Source of the DNA: Novosphingobium sp.
GTDB lineage: Bacteria; Pseudomonadota; Alphaproteobacteria; Sphingomonadales; Sphingomonadaceae
DNA: 64,000 bases
NCBI GenBank assembly: GCA_031419035.1
Contig: JANOKC010000139.1
Location: forward strand, 444-64,443
Reading direction: 5' to 3'
Positions 9,468 to 18,837 of this stretch are shown here, one piece after another (position 1 is the stretch's first letter; every line of letters begins with the position of its first letter). A program made the position numbers and the translations under genes. Below the pieces are notes generated by a model. It was given only the letters and a program-made list of their open reading frames with translations. It had not been told where the DNA came from and made no database searches.

Positions 9468-11009
9468 ATGACGCTGATTGCTACACTCACCCGGCAACTG
9501 GGTGCGGAGAATGTCCTGACCGATGCGGCCGACCGGCTGTTTTATGGTCACGACGTGTTCCGCGCTGGCGAACTGCCAGACGCAGTCATTCGTCCCGGCT
9601 CGGTCGAACAGCTGCAAGCGGTGGTCAAGGCGGCCTATGACAGCGGCACACCGATCGTGATGCGCGGCGGCGGGGCCAGCTATACCGACGCCTATGCCCA
9701 TACCAGGCAAGGCGGGATCACCATCGACAGCGCGCGGCTGGACTGGATCGAGATCGATGAGACCAACGCAACTGTGACCGTAGAAGCCGGAGTAACCTGG
9801 GCCCAGCTTCGCGCAGCGGTGTTGGCAAAGGGCTTCAAGACTAAATTCTGGGGCAGCTATTCGGGGCTTTTCGCCAATGTCGGCGGCGGCATGTCAATGA
9901 ATGCGATCAGCCACGGCCAGGGCTGCGCGGCAGAGGCCGCCGTGTCGTTCGACATCATCACCGGCACAGGCGAGATGATCCGCACTGGCAGCGCGCTGTC
10001 GGGCAAGTCGGTTCCCTTTTTCCGCCACTATGGCCCCGATCTGACCGGTGTTTTCACGGGCGATTGCGGCGCATTGGGGGTCAAGGCGCGGATAACTTTG
10101 GCGCTGGTCAGGGCAAAACCTGCGTTTGCCACCGCCAGCTTTGCGTTCACCCAGTTCGAGGCGCTGCATGGCGCTTTCCGTGCCGCGGGGATTGAGGGAA
10201 TTGTTGAAGAGAACTTCGGCCTCAACGAAGTGTTGCAACAGGGTCAGCTGGGCAAGGCCGATGCCGCTGCCAAGGTCGAAATAGCTGGCCGGATCGTCAA
10301 GCAATCCGGCGTATTCAAGGGCGCAGCCAAACTCGCCCGGATGGCGCTGGCGGGCGACAAGGCAATCGCAGCTGCCAGCTATGCCGGGCATTTCATTGTC
10401 GAAGGGATCGACCAGGCCGAAGCGAACGGCCGGATCGCGCTGGTCAAACGGCTGTGCGGCGAGTTTGGCACCGAGATTCCCAATTCGGTGCCCGAAGTGG
10501 TGCGGGCGATGCCCTTTGCTCCGTTCCACAACACGCTGGGGCCCAAGGGCGAACGCTGGCTGCCGTGCCACACCAAGCTGCCCCATGACCGCGCAGTACC
10601 GTTTCACCATGCGCTGATGGCGCTATTTGCGGACGAAGCAGAAGCGATGCAGCGGCACGGGATCGTGGCTGGCGGCATGTTCATGGCGGTGGGATCAACC
10701 GCGTTTGTTTATGAACCCGCCTTCTACTGGCCTGATGCGCAGACCCCCTATCATGCCCGGATGATCGAGCCGGACTATCTCAAATCCCTGCCAGTCCATC
10801 CGCGTTCGGAAGCTGGCGAGGCCGAGGCGTTGCGGATCAAGGCGCGGGTGGTGGATCTGATGCACGATCATGGCGGGGTCCATTCGCAGATCGGCAAGGT
10901 CTATCCCTATGCGCGCGATCACAATCCGGCCCATTGGGCGCTGCTGAAAGCACTGAAGGCAGAGCTTGATCCCAAGGGAATTTTGAATCCCGGGAACTTG
11001 GGGCTGTAA
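9468..11009 (+). CDS. FAD-linked oxidase/dehydrogenase (VAO/GlcD FAD_binding_4 family), paralog 1
   Basis: P.AVIRP, RGGGASY, GPDLTGVFTGDCGALG, C-terminal LDPKGILNPG. Confidence 0.9.
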   Translation: MTLIATLTRQLGAENVLTDAADRLFYGHDVFRAGELPDAVIRPGSVEQLQAVVKAAYDSGTPIVMRGGGASYTDAYAHTRQGGITIDSARLDWIEIDETNATVTVEAGVTWAQLRAAVLAKGFKTKFWGSYSGLFANVGGGMSMNAISHGQGCAAEAAVSFDIITGTGEMIRTGSALSGKSVPFFRHYGPDLTGVFTGDCGALGVKARITLALVRAKPAFATASFAFTQFEALHGAFRAAGIEGIVEENFGLNEVLQQGQLGKADAAAKVEIAGRIVKQSGVFKGAAKLARMALAGDKAIAAASYAGHFIVEGIDQAEANGRIALVKRLCGEFGTEIPNSVPEVVRAMPFAPFHNTLGPKGERWLPCHTKLPHDRAVPFHHALMALFADEAEAMQRHGIVAGGMFMAVGSTAFVYEPAFYWPDAQTPYHARMIEPDYLKSLPVHPRSEAGEAEALRIKARVVDLMHDHGGVHSQIGKVYPYARDHNPAHWALLKALKAELDPKGILNPGNLGL

Positions 11010-11013
11010 ACTG

Positions 11014-11802
11014 GTGAGTGTTCGCCGCAGCTATGTTGATGGGCCCTATGGCCAGATCCACCTGCGGCTGGCGGGCGGCGGCGTGCCGTTGCTGCTGCTC
11101 CACCAATCGCCGCTTAGCGGTGGGCAATTCGATGCGGTGCTGCCTTTGCTGGCGGATCAGGGCTTTGCTGTGGCGGCGATGGATACACCGGGCTTTGGCC
11201 AATCGGCGCGGCCGCAAGCGCCGGTGGGTATCGCGGACTATGCCGATGCGGTCCCGGCAGTGCTGGACGCGCTCGGCTGGGACAAGGCGCATGTCCTGGG
11301 CCATCACACCGGAGCCTCGATCGCTGCCAGCTTTGCTGCGCGGTTCACGGAGCGGATCGACCGGCTGATCCTCAACGGTCTGGCTTTGCTGTCCCCCGAC
11401 GAGCGGGCGCATTTCGCGCAGTTCCGCTTTGCTCCGCTTGAGCCCAAGCCAGACGGCAGCCATTTGATCGCCGCCTGGAACCAGCGCCTCGCCGCGTCAC
11501 CGGGCTGGACGCATTTGCCGGCGATGCACCGCTATGTGACCGAGATGCTGGCCAATTCCGAATGTTACTTCTGGGGTTTCGAGGCGGCTTTTGCCCATGA
11601 TCTTGGCGCAGACCTTATGGCCGTGAAAGCCCCGACGCTGATCCTGACCAACACCGGCGAAGATCTTTACGCCGCCTCGCAGCGGGCGCATGGGCTTCGA
11701 CCGGACTTTGCTTTCGCATCGCTGGAGGGCGGCACCCACGACATTGCCGATGAACAGCCAGCGGCATGGGTTGCTGAGGTTAGAGCTTTTCTGACGGGTT
11801 AG
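11014..11802 (+). CDS. Alpha/beta hydrolase-fold protein (GHHTG elbow)
   Basis: LLLLHQSP, DTPGFGQS, GHHTG, C-terminal GTH. Confidence 0.88.
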   Translation: MSVRRSYVDGPYGQIHLRLAGGGVPLLLLHQSPLSGGQFDAVLPLLADQGFAVAAMDTPGFGQSARPQAPVGIADYADAVPAVLDALGWDKAHVLGHHTGASIAASFAARFTERIDRLILNGLALLSPDERAHFAQFRFAPLEPKPDGSHLIAAWNQRLAASPGWTHLPAMHRYVTEMLANSECYFWGFEAAFAHDLGADLMAVKAPTLILTNTGEDLYAASQRAHGLRPDFAFASLEGGTHDIADEQPAAWVAEVRAFLTG

Positions 11803-11822
11803 GGCAGCGCTGCCGAAGAAAC

Positions 11823-12614
11823 TTACGCAGCTTTGGCAATCGCGCCCAGCTCAGCGGAAATCGCCTCGGCAGTGGCTTTGAGCGGACCGAGAAACTGTTC
11901 GACCGCCTTCTCCATCGGCATCGCCACTGAGAAGAAAATCAGGACGATTGAGCCCGCCACCTGTTCACCCCGGAACAACGGCGCCGCGATTGACGAGGTC
12001 TTGCCCGGGTTCGCCGTATAGGCATTGCGCGACTGCGTAGCATAGCCGTTGCGGCGGATCTCTTTCAGCAGATTGTCATTGGACAGCAGCAGGATTGCCA
12101 GCTTTTCCGCCGCGCCTTCGATAGTTCGCAGGCCTTCCAGCAATTGCTCGCGCTCAATGTCGCTGCAATAGGCCATGTAAGCCTTCCCGCTGGAGCATTC
12201 CATCAGCGGAAGAGTGAAGCCGGGGTAATAATTGTTGAGGGTCAGAGATGTTTTGGTGTGGGTCGAATCGCGGACCATCATATGCGCGCCCACCCGGCTG
12301 GTGATCGAAATCGGCCACAGCAGCCTGTCACACAAGGCATCGATATGCGGCCGCGCTATTGCCACAAGCTGGCTATCATCGTGGAAGCCCGAAGCCAGGC
12401 TTTGCACCAGCGCAGTGGCGCGATAGCGCTTGCGCGCCGATTCCCGCTCGATCATTCCTTCATGGAGCAACGTTTGTACGATCCGGCACGCCGTTGGATA
12501 GGGAACCTGCGAAGAGCGGGCTATTTCCATCATGGTAATCGAACCACCGCGGTTGATCGCCTGCAGAACCGACAGGCCACGCGTGATCGCGCGAATTGGA
12601 TCGCCCTTTTCCAT
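11823..12614 (-). CDS. IclR-family transcriptional regulator (MhpR-like)
   Basis: IRAITRGLSVL HTH start, SSGKAYMA, IRRNGYA, SIAAPL. Confidence 0.92.
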   Translation of the reverse strand: MEKGDPIRAITRGLSVLQAINRGGSITMMEIARSSQVPYPTACRIVQTLLHEGMIERESARKRYRATALVQSLASGFHDDSQLVAIARPHIDALCDRLLWPISITSRVGAHMMVRDSTHTKTSLTLNNYYPGFTLPLMECSSGKAYMAYCSDIEREQLLEGLRTIEGAAEKLAILLLSNDNLLKEIRRNGYATQSRNAYTANPGKTSSIAAPLFRGEQVAGSIVLIFFSVAMPMEKAVEQFLGPLKATAEAISAELGAIAKAA

Positions 12615-12727
12615 CGGTATGAAGCCCTCCAACTGTCCGCCTGTCGATCAAACTAGCACCGAAAATCGATTGGTCCAGTGCTTGTGACAGACTAGACATG
12701 AGTTTCTTCGCTGAGTGAGGATTAGCT

Positions 12728-13801
12728 ATGGACCGTCGCGATTTTCTTTCCTCTGCTGCCATGCTGGCAGCTGCTTCAACAGTGGTGCCCGGAAGCGCTG
12801 CAGGGGCCAAGGTCCGCAGTGCAGCGGGCGGGGTCGTATCCTCGCTCAAAGGCCCGTTGCTTGATCTGACCACCCAGCGCGGCTGCCGCGAAGCATGGGC
12901 CAGACTCGCCGGGAATACCGACATGAAATCAACCAAATACGGCTGGTACACTGGTATCGTCCAGGGTGTCCGTCCGGGCGAGGCGCTGCGCGATCTGGTT
13001 GGGTTCACCGGCTTTTCCTGCGCGCGGCTGATCCCCAATGACAGCGAAGAGGGTGGATACAAAAAAATCCTCCGCGAAATCGGCTATTATACTGATCTCA
13101 GAAGCGGCGAAATCCTGGAAGAATGGACCAACCCCTACCTCAACGAGGTGGTGAAGGTGGCGCCGGTGGCTAACGATCCGTTCAACCACACGATCACCGA
13201 TTTCTATCCTGCGCCGCCAAGCTATGGCGGGCTCAATACTGCCAAGCCGCCCAAGATCCCGATGATCCTGGACTTCCGCCGGCACAACAATCGGCTCAAC
13301 TGGTTCAGCCACATCAATTTGTTCTACCCCAACGCCTTGCAGCCCGCGAAGTGGCCGCGAGAAAGCGGATCACCGTTCAATCAGGTAACCGAAACGTTCC
13401 TGTACCAGATCGATTGGGCGGCGATGCAGAATCGGCGCAAGACCTCGGTTGAGTATAACGGAACCTGGACCCGGACCACGCCCTGGCTGCCCTGGATGTT
13501 GATGGGCCCCAGCAGCGGTCATTGCGCCTACCAGTGCTTTATGGGTGCCTATGACGACATCAACCAGATCGACCGCCGGTTGCTGGATCATACCCAAAAG
13601 CACTTCCCCAAATTCATGACCGCACCCGAAGCCTGGTCGGACCGCTCGCTTTCATCGCTGGAGAACTACGCAATAACGCACAAGCCCGCACCGGTTGGCG
13701 CTGGCGGAGTGCCGCGTGCGCCTGAACCAGAACTTCCCGGCTGGTTCAGAGCGATGATGCAAGGCGGCGGCGGCGCAACGCCCAAGCCGCCGGGAAGCTA
13801 A
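12728..13801 (+). CDS. DUF1838-like protein with Tat signal (paralog 1)
   Basis: MDRRDFL twin-arginine leader. REIGYY.D..SGE...W.NP, PVANDPFN and WLPWMLMG motifs. Confidence 0.8.
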   Translation: MDRRDFLSSAAMLAAASTVVPGSAAGAKVRSAAGGVVSSLKGPLLDLTTQRGCREAWARLAGNTDMKSTKYGWYTGIVQGVRPGEALRDLVGFTGFSCARLIPNDSEEGGYKKILREIGYYTDLRSGEILEEWTNPYLNEVVKVAPVANDPFNHTITDFYPAPPSYGGLNTAKPPKIPMILDFRRHNNRLNWFSHINLFYPNALQPAKWPRESGSPFNQVTETFLYQIDWAAMQNRRKTSVEYNGTWTRTTPWLPWMLMGPSSGHCAYQCFMGAYDDINQIDRRLLDHTQKHFPKFMTAPEAWSDRSLSSLENYAITHKPAPVGAGGVPRAPEPELPGWFRAMMQGGGGATPKPPGS

Positions 13802-13837
13802 GCTCAGACCGGCACAGGACTGGCCAGGGAGGCGCAA

Positions 13838-15160
13838 TTGGCGAACAGCGACGGGCGGGCACTGCGCCTGCCAACACAGATTGCCTATGGCGCGGGACAG
13901 ATCGCGGCGCAGACTTTCCGTGATGTGCCCTCGCTGCTGCTGCTGTTTTTCATGACCAATGTGCTGGGGATCGCCCCGGCCGTGGCAGGTTCTGCGATAT
14001 TCTTCCCCAAGCTGGCCGGAGGGATCCTGTTCGATGCAACCGCCGGTGTGCTGTCCGATCGCTGGCTGACCCGCTTCAAGCGGCGCAACTGGCTGATCGG
14101 GGGGATCATTGCTGCGCCTGCGGCGATGATCGCGCTGTTCCATGTGCCCGCTGGAAGCGCGGCCTTGCAGACCGGCTATGTCGCAGTGATATTCACGTTT
14201 TACATGGCAGTATTTGCCAGCTTTTCGGTACCCTATCTGGCGGTCGCAGCGGACCTGGCCCTGACCAGCCGGGCGCGGACCATGCTGATGGCCTGGCGAA
14301 TGGTGTTTATTTCGGTCGGCGTTCTGATCGCCGGGGCTGTGGCACCAGCCTATGTCCAGCAGCAGGGCGGCGGGCAGGCCGGATACGAAGCGATGGCGCT
14401 GCTGCTGGGGGTGATTTGCTCTGCCGCGCTGGCCATTGCCTGGTTCGGCGCAAGGCGCGCCGAGGCCGAGGTTGGCTATGCCCAGCGCGAAGCTGATCCG
14501 CCGCTGACCCTGAGCAGTGCCGCCAAAGCCATCGCTGAGCCGCGGTTTGCGCTGCTGGCAGGGGTCACGGTGCTGCAATTGATGGGCGCCGGGATGGCCT
14601 ATGCCGCGCTGCTCTATTTCCTGACCTACAACATGGCGAGCGCCAATCCTTACGGCGATATCGGTATTGTCGTATTGCTGGCCAGTGCCGGGATCATCCT
14701 TGGTCAGCCCTTGTGGGTGGCCGCATCTGCGCGGATCGGGCGCAAGGCGGTGTATATCATCGCCGCCCTGCTGCACGCGGCGGCAAATGTCGGTTGGGGG
14801 CTTTCGACAACAATCGGCGTGGAAGCGATCTATGGCTTTGCGCTGTTGCTGGGGATCGGCAATTCGGGCTGGGCGCTGATGGGCCATTCGATCGCTGTCG
14901 ACATCGCAGGCGAAGGCCGGACGGGAATCTATACCTCCAGCTGGATGGCGATCGACAAGATCGGCTTTGCGCTGGGGGGCACTTTTGCGCTGGGCCTGAT
15001 CCTGTCTGCTTATGGCTTTGATGCGAGCCTTGCCGCACAAGGGCTGGCTCAGTCATCATCTGCATACATGGGTGTCTTCGTGGGCTTTGCGGTGATCCCG
15101 GCGCTTACCAATGTGATCGCAGCTGCGGTGATCGCGCTGTGGGGCCGCAATTTTCATTGA
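13838..15160 (+). CDS. MFS transporter, GPH/MelB-like symporter
   Basis: IAYGAG, LLFFMTNVLGI, G.LSDR, R...MAWR motifs. TTG start after GGGAGG RBS. Confidence 0.85.
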   Translation: MANSDGRALRLPTQIAYGAGQIAAQTFRDVPSLLLLFFMTNVLGIAPAVAGSAIFFPKLAGGILFDATAGVLSDRWLTRFKRRNWLIGGIIAAPAAMIALFHVPAGSAALQTGYVAVIFTFYMAVFASFSVPYLAVAADLALTSRARTMLMAWRMVFISVGVLIAGAVAPAYVQQQGGGQAGYEAMALLLGVICSAALAIAWFGARRAEAEVGYAQREADPPLTLSSAAKAIAEPRFALLAGVTVLQLMGAGMAYAALLYFLTYNMASANPYGDIGIVVLLASAGIILGQPLWVAASARIGRKAVYIIAALLHAAANVGWGLSTTIGVEAIYGFALLLGIGNSGWALMGHSIAVDIAGEGRTGIYTSSWMAIDKIGFALGGTFALGLILSAYGFDASLAAQGLAQSSSAYMGVFVGFAVIPALTNVIAAAVIALWGRNFH

Positions 15161-15238
15161 CTTGGGCGATTGATCGACAATCGGGCACTATGCTGGCAGA
15201 CCGATGCTGCGCTTGCTGGCGCACGGCAGGGAAGTGGA

Positions 15239-16414
15239 ATGTTTAGAAAAATCCTCAAGTGGTTCGGTTTCGCGCTGCTGGCGCTGGTGGCCCTCATCGC
15301 GATTTACGCCGCCCTGCACGCCCGCGCCGTGGGCAATATGGCACGCGTTGCCGGAGCATCAATTACCGATGTTTCGCGCTTCACCCCGGCCGAAGTGGTC
15401 AAAGGCTGCCCCAGTAATCCATTGCTGAACGCTGCTTCGGACACACTGCCAAGCACAACTTTTGCCGCCATGAAGGACTGGTCAGACAAACACGGCGGGG
15501 CCGGCCTGATTGTCCTGATCGACGGCAAAATTGCCGGCGAGGCCTATGCCAGTGGTGTCACACAAGCCTCGCGTACCCAATCCAATTCGATGCACAAGTC
15601 GGTCGTGGCATTGATGATCGGCGCGGCTATCGAACAAGGGATCATCGCATCGGTTGACGATCCGGTGGGCAAGTACCTTGACGAGCTGAAGGGTGATCCG
15701 CGCGGTCAGATTACCCTGCGCCAGCTGCTTTCGATGTCGAGCGGGCTTCACAACCCCTCAATGGCCAAGATGGAAGGCGCGGCGATAGAGATGATGCTCG
15801 GCAATGTCAGCGACGCGGCATTGAGTCTGCCGATCGAGACCAAGCCCGGCATCTTCAACTATAATAATGCCAATCTGCAATTGGCCGGCACCGCGCTTTC
15901 GCGCGCATTAAAGCGCGCCGGCAAGGGCCGCTATGCTGATTTTCTGTCGCAGCAAATCTGGTGTCCGCTTGGCAATGGCGAGGCGTTGCTGTGGTTGGAA
16001 CACGAAGGCGGCGAGCCACGCTATTTCGCCTATCTCAACGCTTCGGTCCGGGATTGGGCAAAGGTTGGGGAACTGCTGCGCCGCAAGGGTGAATGGAACG
16101 GAAAGCAGCTGCTTCCGGCAGCATGGACGGAAGAGGTAGTTAGGCCGTCTGCCGCCAATCCCAATTACGGTCTGGGGATCTGGCGCGGTTCGCCGTGGGC
16201 GGCACAGCGGCGCTACTCAAAGGAAGTTGCGCTCACCGTGCCGCAGCGCGAGGCGTTTCTGGCTGACGATGTCTTCTACTTCGATGGTTACGGCGGCCAG
16301 CGCGTCTATGTTGTGCCTTCCGCCAAACTGGTGATCTCCCGCGCAGGCACACCGGGCAAGGACTGGGACGAGGCCGCGCTGGTCAATATCGCCTTGCGCG
16401 GGTTGCAACCTTGA
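15239..16414 (+). CDS. Serine hydrolase, beta-lactamase/class C family (paralog of 3918)
   Basis: SMHK, FNYNN, DGYGGQRVYVVPS, N-terminal TM. Confidence 0.88.
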   Translation: MFRKILKWFGFALLALVALIAIYAALHARAVGNMARVAGASITDVSRFTPAEVVKGCPSNPLLNAASDTLPSTTFAAMKDWSDKHGGAGLIVLIDGKIAGEAYASGVTQASRTQSNSMHKSVVALMIGAAIEQGIIASVDDPVGKYLDELKGDPRGQITLRQLLSMSSGLHNPSMAKMEGAAIEMMLGNVSDAALSLPIETKPGIFNYNNANLQLAGTALSRALKRAGKGRYADFLSQQIWCPLGNGEALLWLEHEGGEPRYFAYLNASVRDWAKVGELLRRKGEWNGKQLLPAAWTEEVVRPSAANPNYGLGIWRGSPWAAQRRYSKEVALTVPQREAFLADDVFYFDGYGGQRVYVVPSAKLVISRAGTPGKDWDEAALVNIALRGLQP

Positions 16415-16424
16415 TGGTCATGCA

Positions 16425-16835
16425 ATGAGCGCTGCTGTGCTGTCCGGGATGGTCTTCCATCACGGCGCGGTCAGTGTGCCAGAGCTTGCCGCAGCGATCG
16501 AATGGTATGGCCGCGCTTTTGGTTTTGCCGAAGAATTCCGCTTTGCCATTCCCAATGCCGAAGTGGTCATGCTGCTGTGCGGAGAGCTTAGGATCGAGCT
16601 GTTTTGCGTGGCCAATGCCGCGCCATTGCCCGCTGGCCGCTCCGATCCGCAGGCAGACATCGCAACGCATGGCAACAAGCACATTGCCTTTGCAGTGCCT
16701 AGGCTGGAAGCTGCACTTGCAGAGCTTTTGCGAAACGGGATCAAGCCCGTGTTCACCAGCAGCGATGGCCCCCAAACAATCGCCTTCCTGCGCGATTGTG
16801 CAGGCAATCTGATCGAACTGGTCGAAGCCTACTGA
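16425..16835 (+). CDS. VOC/glyoxalase-family protein
   Basis: FHHGAVSV, HIAFAV, FLRDCAGNLIEL metal-binding pattern. Confidence 0.88.
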   Translation: MSAAVLSGMVFHHGAVSVPELAAAIEWYGRAFGFAEEFRFAIPNAEVVMLLCGELRIELFCVANAAPLPAGRSDPQADIATHGNKHIAFAVPRLEAALAELLRNGIKPVFTSSDGPQTIAFLRDCAGNLIELVEAY

Positions 16836-18085
16836 CCCATAGGTGCCGGAACTGGATCGATCGCTCCGCCCATCGTATCGCGTTTGAGCATATTGATCAC
16901 CGCGCGGCGCACCTTGGGATCGCTTACAGGCCCGGATGAAATCACCATGGTTGTGCCTGGTGCAAATTTGTCGGGATCCGCCAGCAAGGCATCAAGCGTG
17001 GCATCGTCCCACACGGCATCCCGCTTGCTGGCCAATGCGGGCGAGAAGTGGAAATTGGGCACGCTGGCAATCCGCTGGCCAAAGATCGCGTAAAGATTGG
17101 GTCCGGCCTTGGTTTTACCGCCTTTTTCATAGGTATGGCAAAAGCCGCACCATTTGTAGGTCTCGATTGCCACCTTGCGCTCATAATCGGTCTCGGCCCA
17201 CGCCGTGACCCGCACTATCGGCGCTGAATGAGACGTTACCCCCGGCGGCCCGGCAATGACATCGCCCATCGGCCAAGGAGAGACGCGGAACATTGCATTG
17301 GGTCCAAAGGAGCCCAGCCCCACCAGCCCGATTACCACTACAGCAGAGGCAAGTCGCGCTTTGCCCGGTTGCTCGTCTTCATGAACGACGGGCTTGCGCC
17401 GCCGGGCAAGGAACCAGCCGATTGCCCAGATCACCAGTACCAATGCGATATAGCGCCCCAACGCCGCCGGTCCGGGCGCGCTCGATTTAAAGGTGGCAAG
17501 CGACCAGCTGGTGCAGGCCATCCCCAGCAACGCCTGGATGCCATAGCCCGGCGGAAATACGCTTAGCAGCCCCTTGCCATAGCGCAGCCAGCCATAGGCC
17601 GCAGTCAGCAGTGTTGTGACAGTCAGCAACAACCCCATAAATCCGACCGCTGAGTGGAAATAGCCTGAAAATAGCCACAACCGGAAACTCTCGCCCAGCA
17701 CTGCCGGGAAAGTCAGCAGGCCAGGGATACCAACCCGCGTGCCGCCGCCCCAGGCGAACAGGAAGCCGAACACCGGCAGGGTCAGCAGCAGCAGATAGCT
17801 TGTCAGCGCCAGCGTTCGGCCCCAGTTGAACAGGCCGGGACGAAGCCCTGCGACTGCGGGCATGGCGCGTTCTTCGCGCCACCAGCAGCGTAACCGCACC
17901 ACCAGCGCGGCAAACAGCAACAGGCCGATCAGCACATGCCAATAGCGCAACTCCTCACGCGCAGGCAGGGTCTTGTCCGTGCGCGGCAGCCAAGTGGTGA
18001 CAACGTTCTGCACTGTCATCAGCAAAGCGATGGCCCAGCCAGCCCCAATGCTGACGCGCGAATAGCCCGATCCGGCAACTGTCAT
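16829..18085 (-). CDS. Cytochrome b561-like membrane domain fused to a C-terminal class I cytochrome c
   Basis: WHVLIG..RLR and FHSAVG in TM region. CGFCH heme c motif, AGPNL..IFGQ and PDKFAPGTTM (cytochrome c2-like). Confidence 0.85.
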   Translation of the reverse strand: MTVAGSGYSRVSIGAGWAIALLMTVQNVVTTWLPRTDKTLPAREELRYWHVLIGLLLFAALVVRLRCWWREERAMPAVAGLRPGLFNWGRTLALTSYLLLLTLPVFGFLFAWGGGTRVGIPGLLTFPAVLGESFRLWLFSGYFHSAVGFMGLLLTVTTLLTAAYGWLRYGKGLLSVFPPGYGIQALLGMACTSWSLATFKSSAPGPAALGRYIALVLVIWAIGWFLARRRKPVVHEDEQPGKARLASAVVVIGLVGLGSFGPNAMFRVSPWPMGDVIAGPPGVTSHSAPIVRVTAWAETDYERKVAIETYKWCGFCHTYEKGGKTKAGPNLYAIFGQRIASVPNFHFSPALASKRDAVWDDATLDALLADPDKFAPGTTMVISSGPVSDPKVRRAVINMLKRDTMGGAIDPVPAPMGQ

Positions 18086-18087
18086 GG

Positions 18088-18837
18088 TCAATTCTCCTCC
18101 AGCAGACGGCCCAAACCGGAAATCCTGTCGGTGATCCCGATGGCGCGCAATGCGTGCCAATAGGTTGCCGTGTTGATGGCAATAACCGGCTTGCCCAATG
18201 CGCGTTCGGTATCTGCGGCCACCTGGACCATCGAAAGATTGGTACCAACCTGAATCAGCGCATCGACATCTCGTCCGTCGAGCGCGGCCAGCACTTCGTT
18301 CAGCCGTTCGGGCGGAACTTTTGCGATATCAGTCCAGCAGCGGCATTGCAGCGCTGCGTCACGCACCGTTTCGAACCCGCTTTCGGCAAGGTAACGCCGC
18401 ACTTCGGCATTGGCGACCGGGAAATAGGGCGAGACAAAGCTTACCCGCTTGATCCCGCCATACGCCCTGAGCGCTGCAACCAGCGCTTCGGAACCGATGC
18501 TGACGTCAAGCCCGCCCGCCACGTCGCGCACTTGCCGCTTGAAGGCTTCGCCGCCCGCAACTCCGCCGTAGAAGGTGACTGCGGACATACCCATGACGAG
18601 GTAATCCGGCTTGCACGTGACTGCCGAGCGCACCGCATCGAAGGTGGCGTTGGAAATTGCAGTGGTTCCGGCAAGGAAGTCCGCATCGGTCAGGGCTTCA
18701 GGATCGGTAACATAGATCCCGCGATAATGATTGGTAACGCCTACGGGGCGCATTCGCTCCATATCGGGCTGGACAACGGTATTGGTCGATGGCCCGATAA
18801 CACCAAGGACGGCGCGATAACCCAGAACGTCGGTCAC
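18088..18837 (-). CDS. Asp/Glu racemase superfamily protein (maleate isomerase/arylmalonate decarboxylase-like)
   Basis: GVIGPSTNTVVQPD, SPY, GKPVIAINTA motifs. Canonical catalytic Cys not seen. Confidence 0.85.
   Translation of the reverse strand: MTDVLGYRAVLGVIGPSTNTVVQPDMERMRPVGVTNHYRGIYVTDPEALTDADFLAGTTAISNATFDAVRSAVTCKPDYLVMGMSAVTFYGGVAGGEAFKRQVRDVAGGLDVSIGSEALVAALRAYGGIKRVSFVSPYFPVANAEVRRYLAESGFETVRDAALQCRCWTDIAKVPPERLNEVLAALDGRDVDALIQVGTNLSMVQVAADTERALGKPVIAINTATYWHALRAIGITDRISGLGRLLEEN

Noticed and set aside
12615-12727. Additional copy of the TTGTCCGGACAA operator in the IclR/DUF1838 promoter
   Set aside because: Only weak partial matches (TTGGTCCAG, TTGTGACAGAC), too degenerate to call.
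3918-16414. Beta-lactamase resistance genes (3918, 15239) and a tetA-like resistance gene (2707)
   Set aside because: Only family-level motifs are present. The catabolic operon context and lack of mobile elements favour esterase/amidase and metabolite transport roles.
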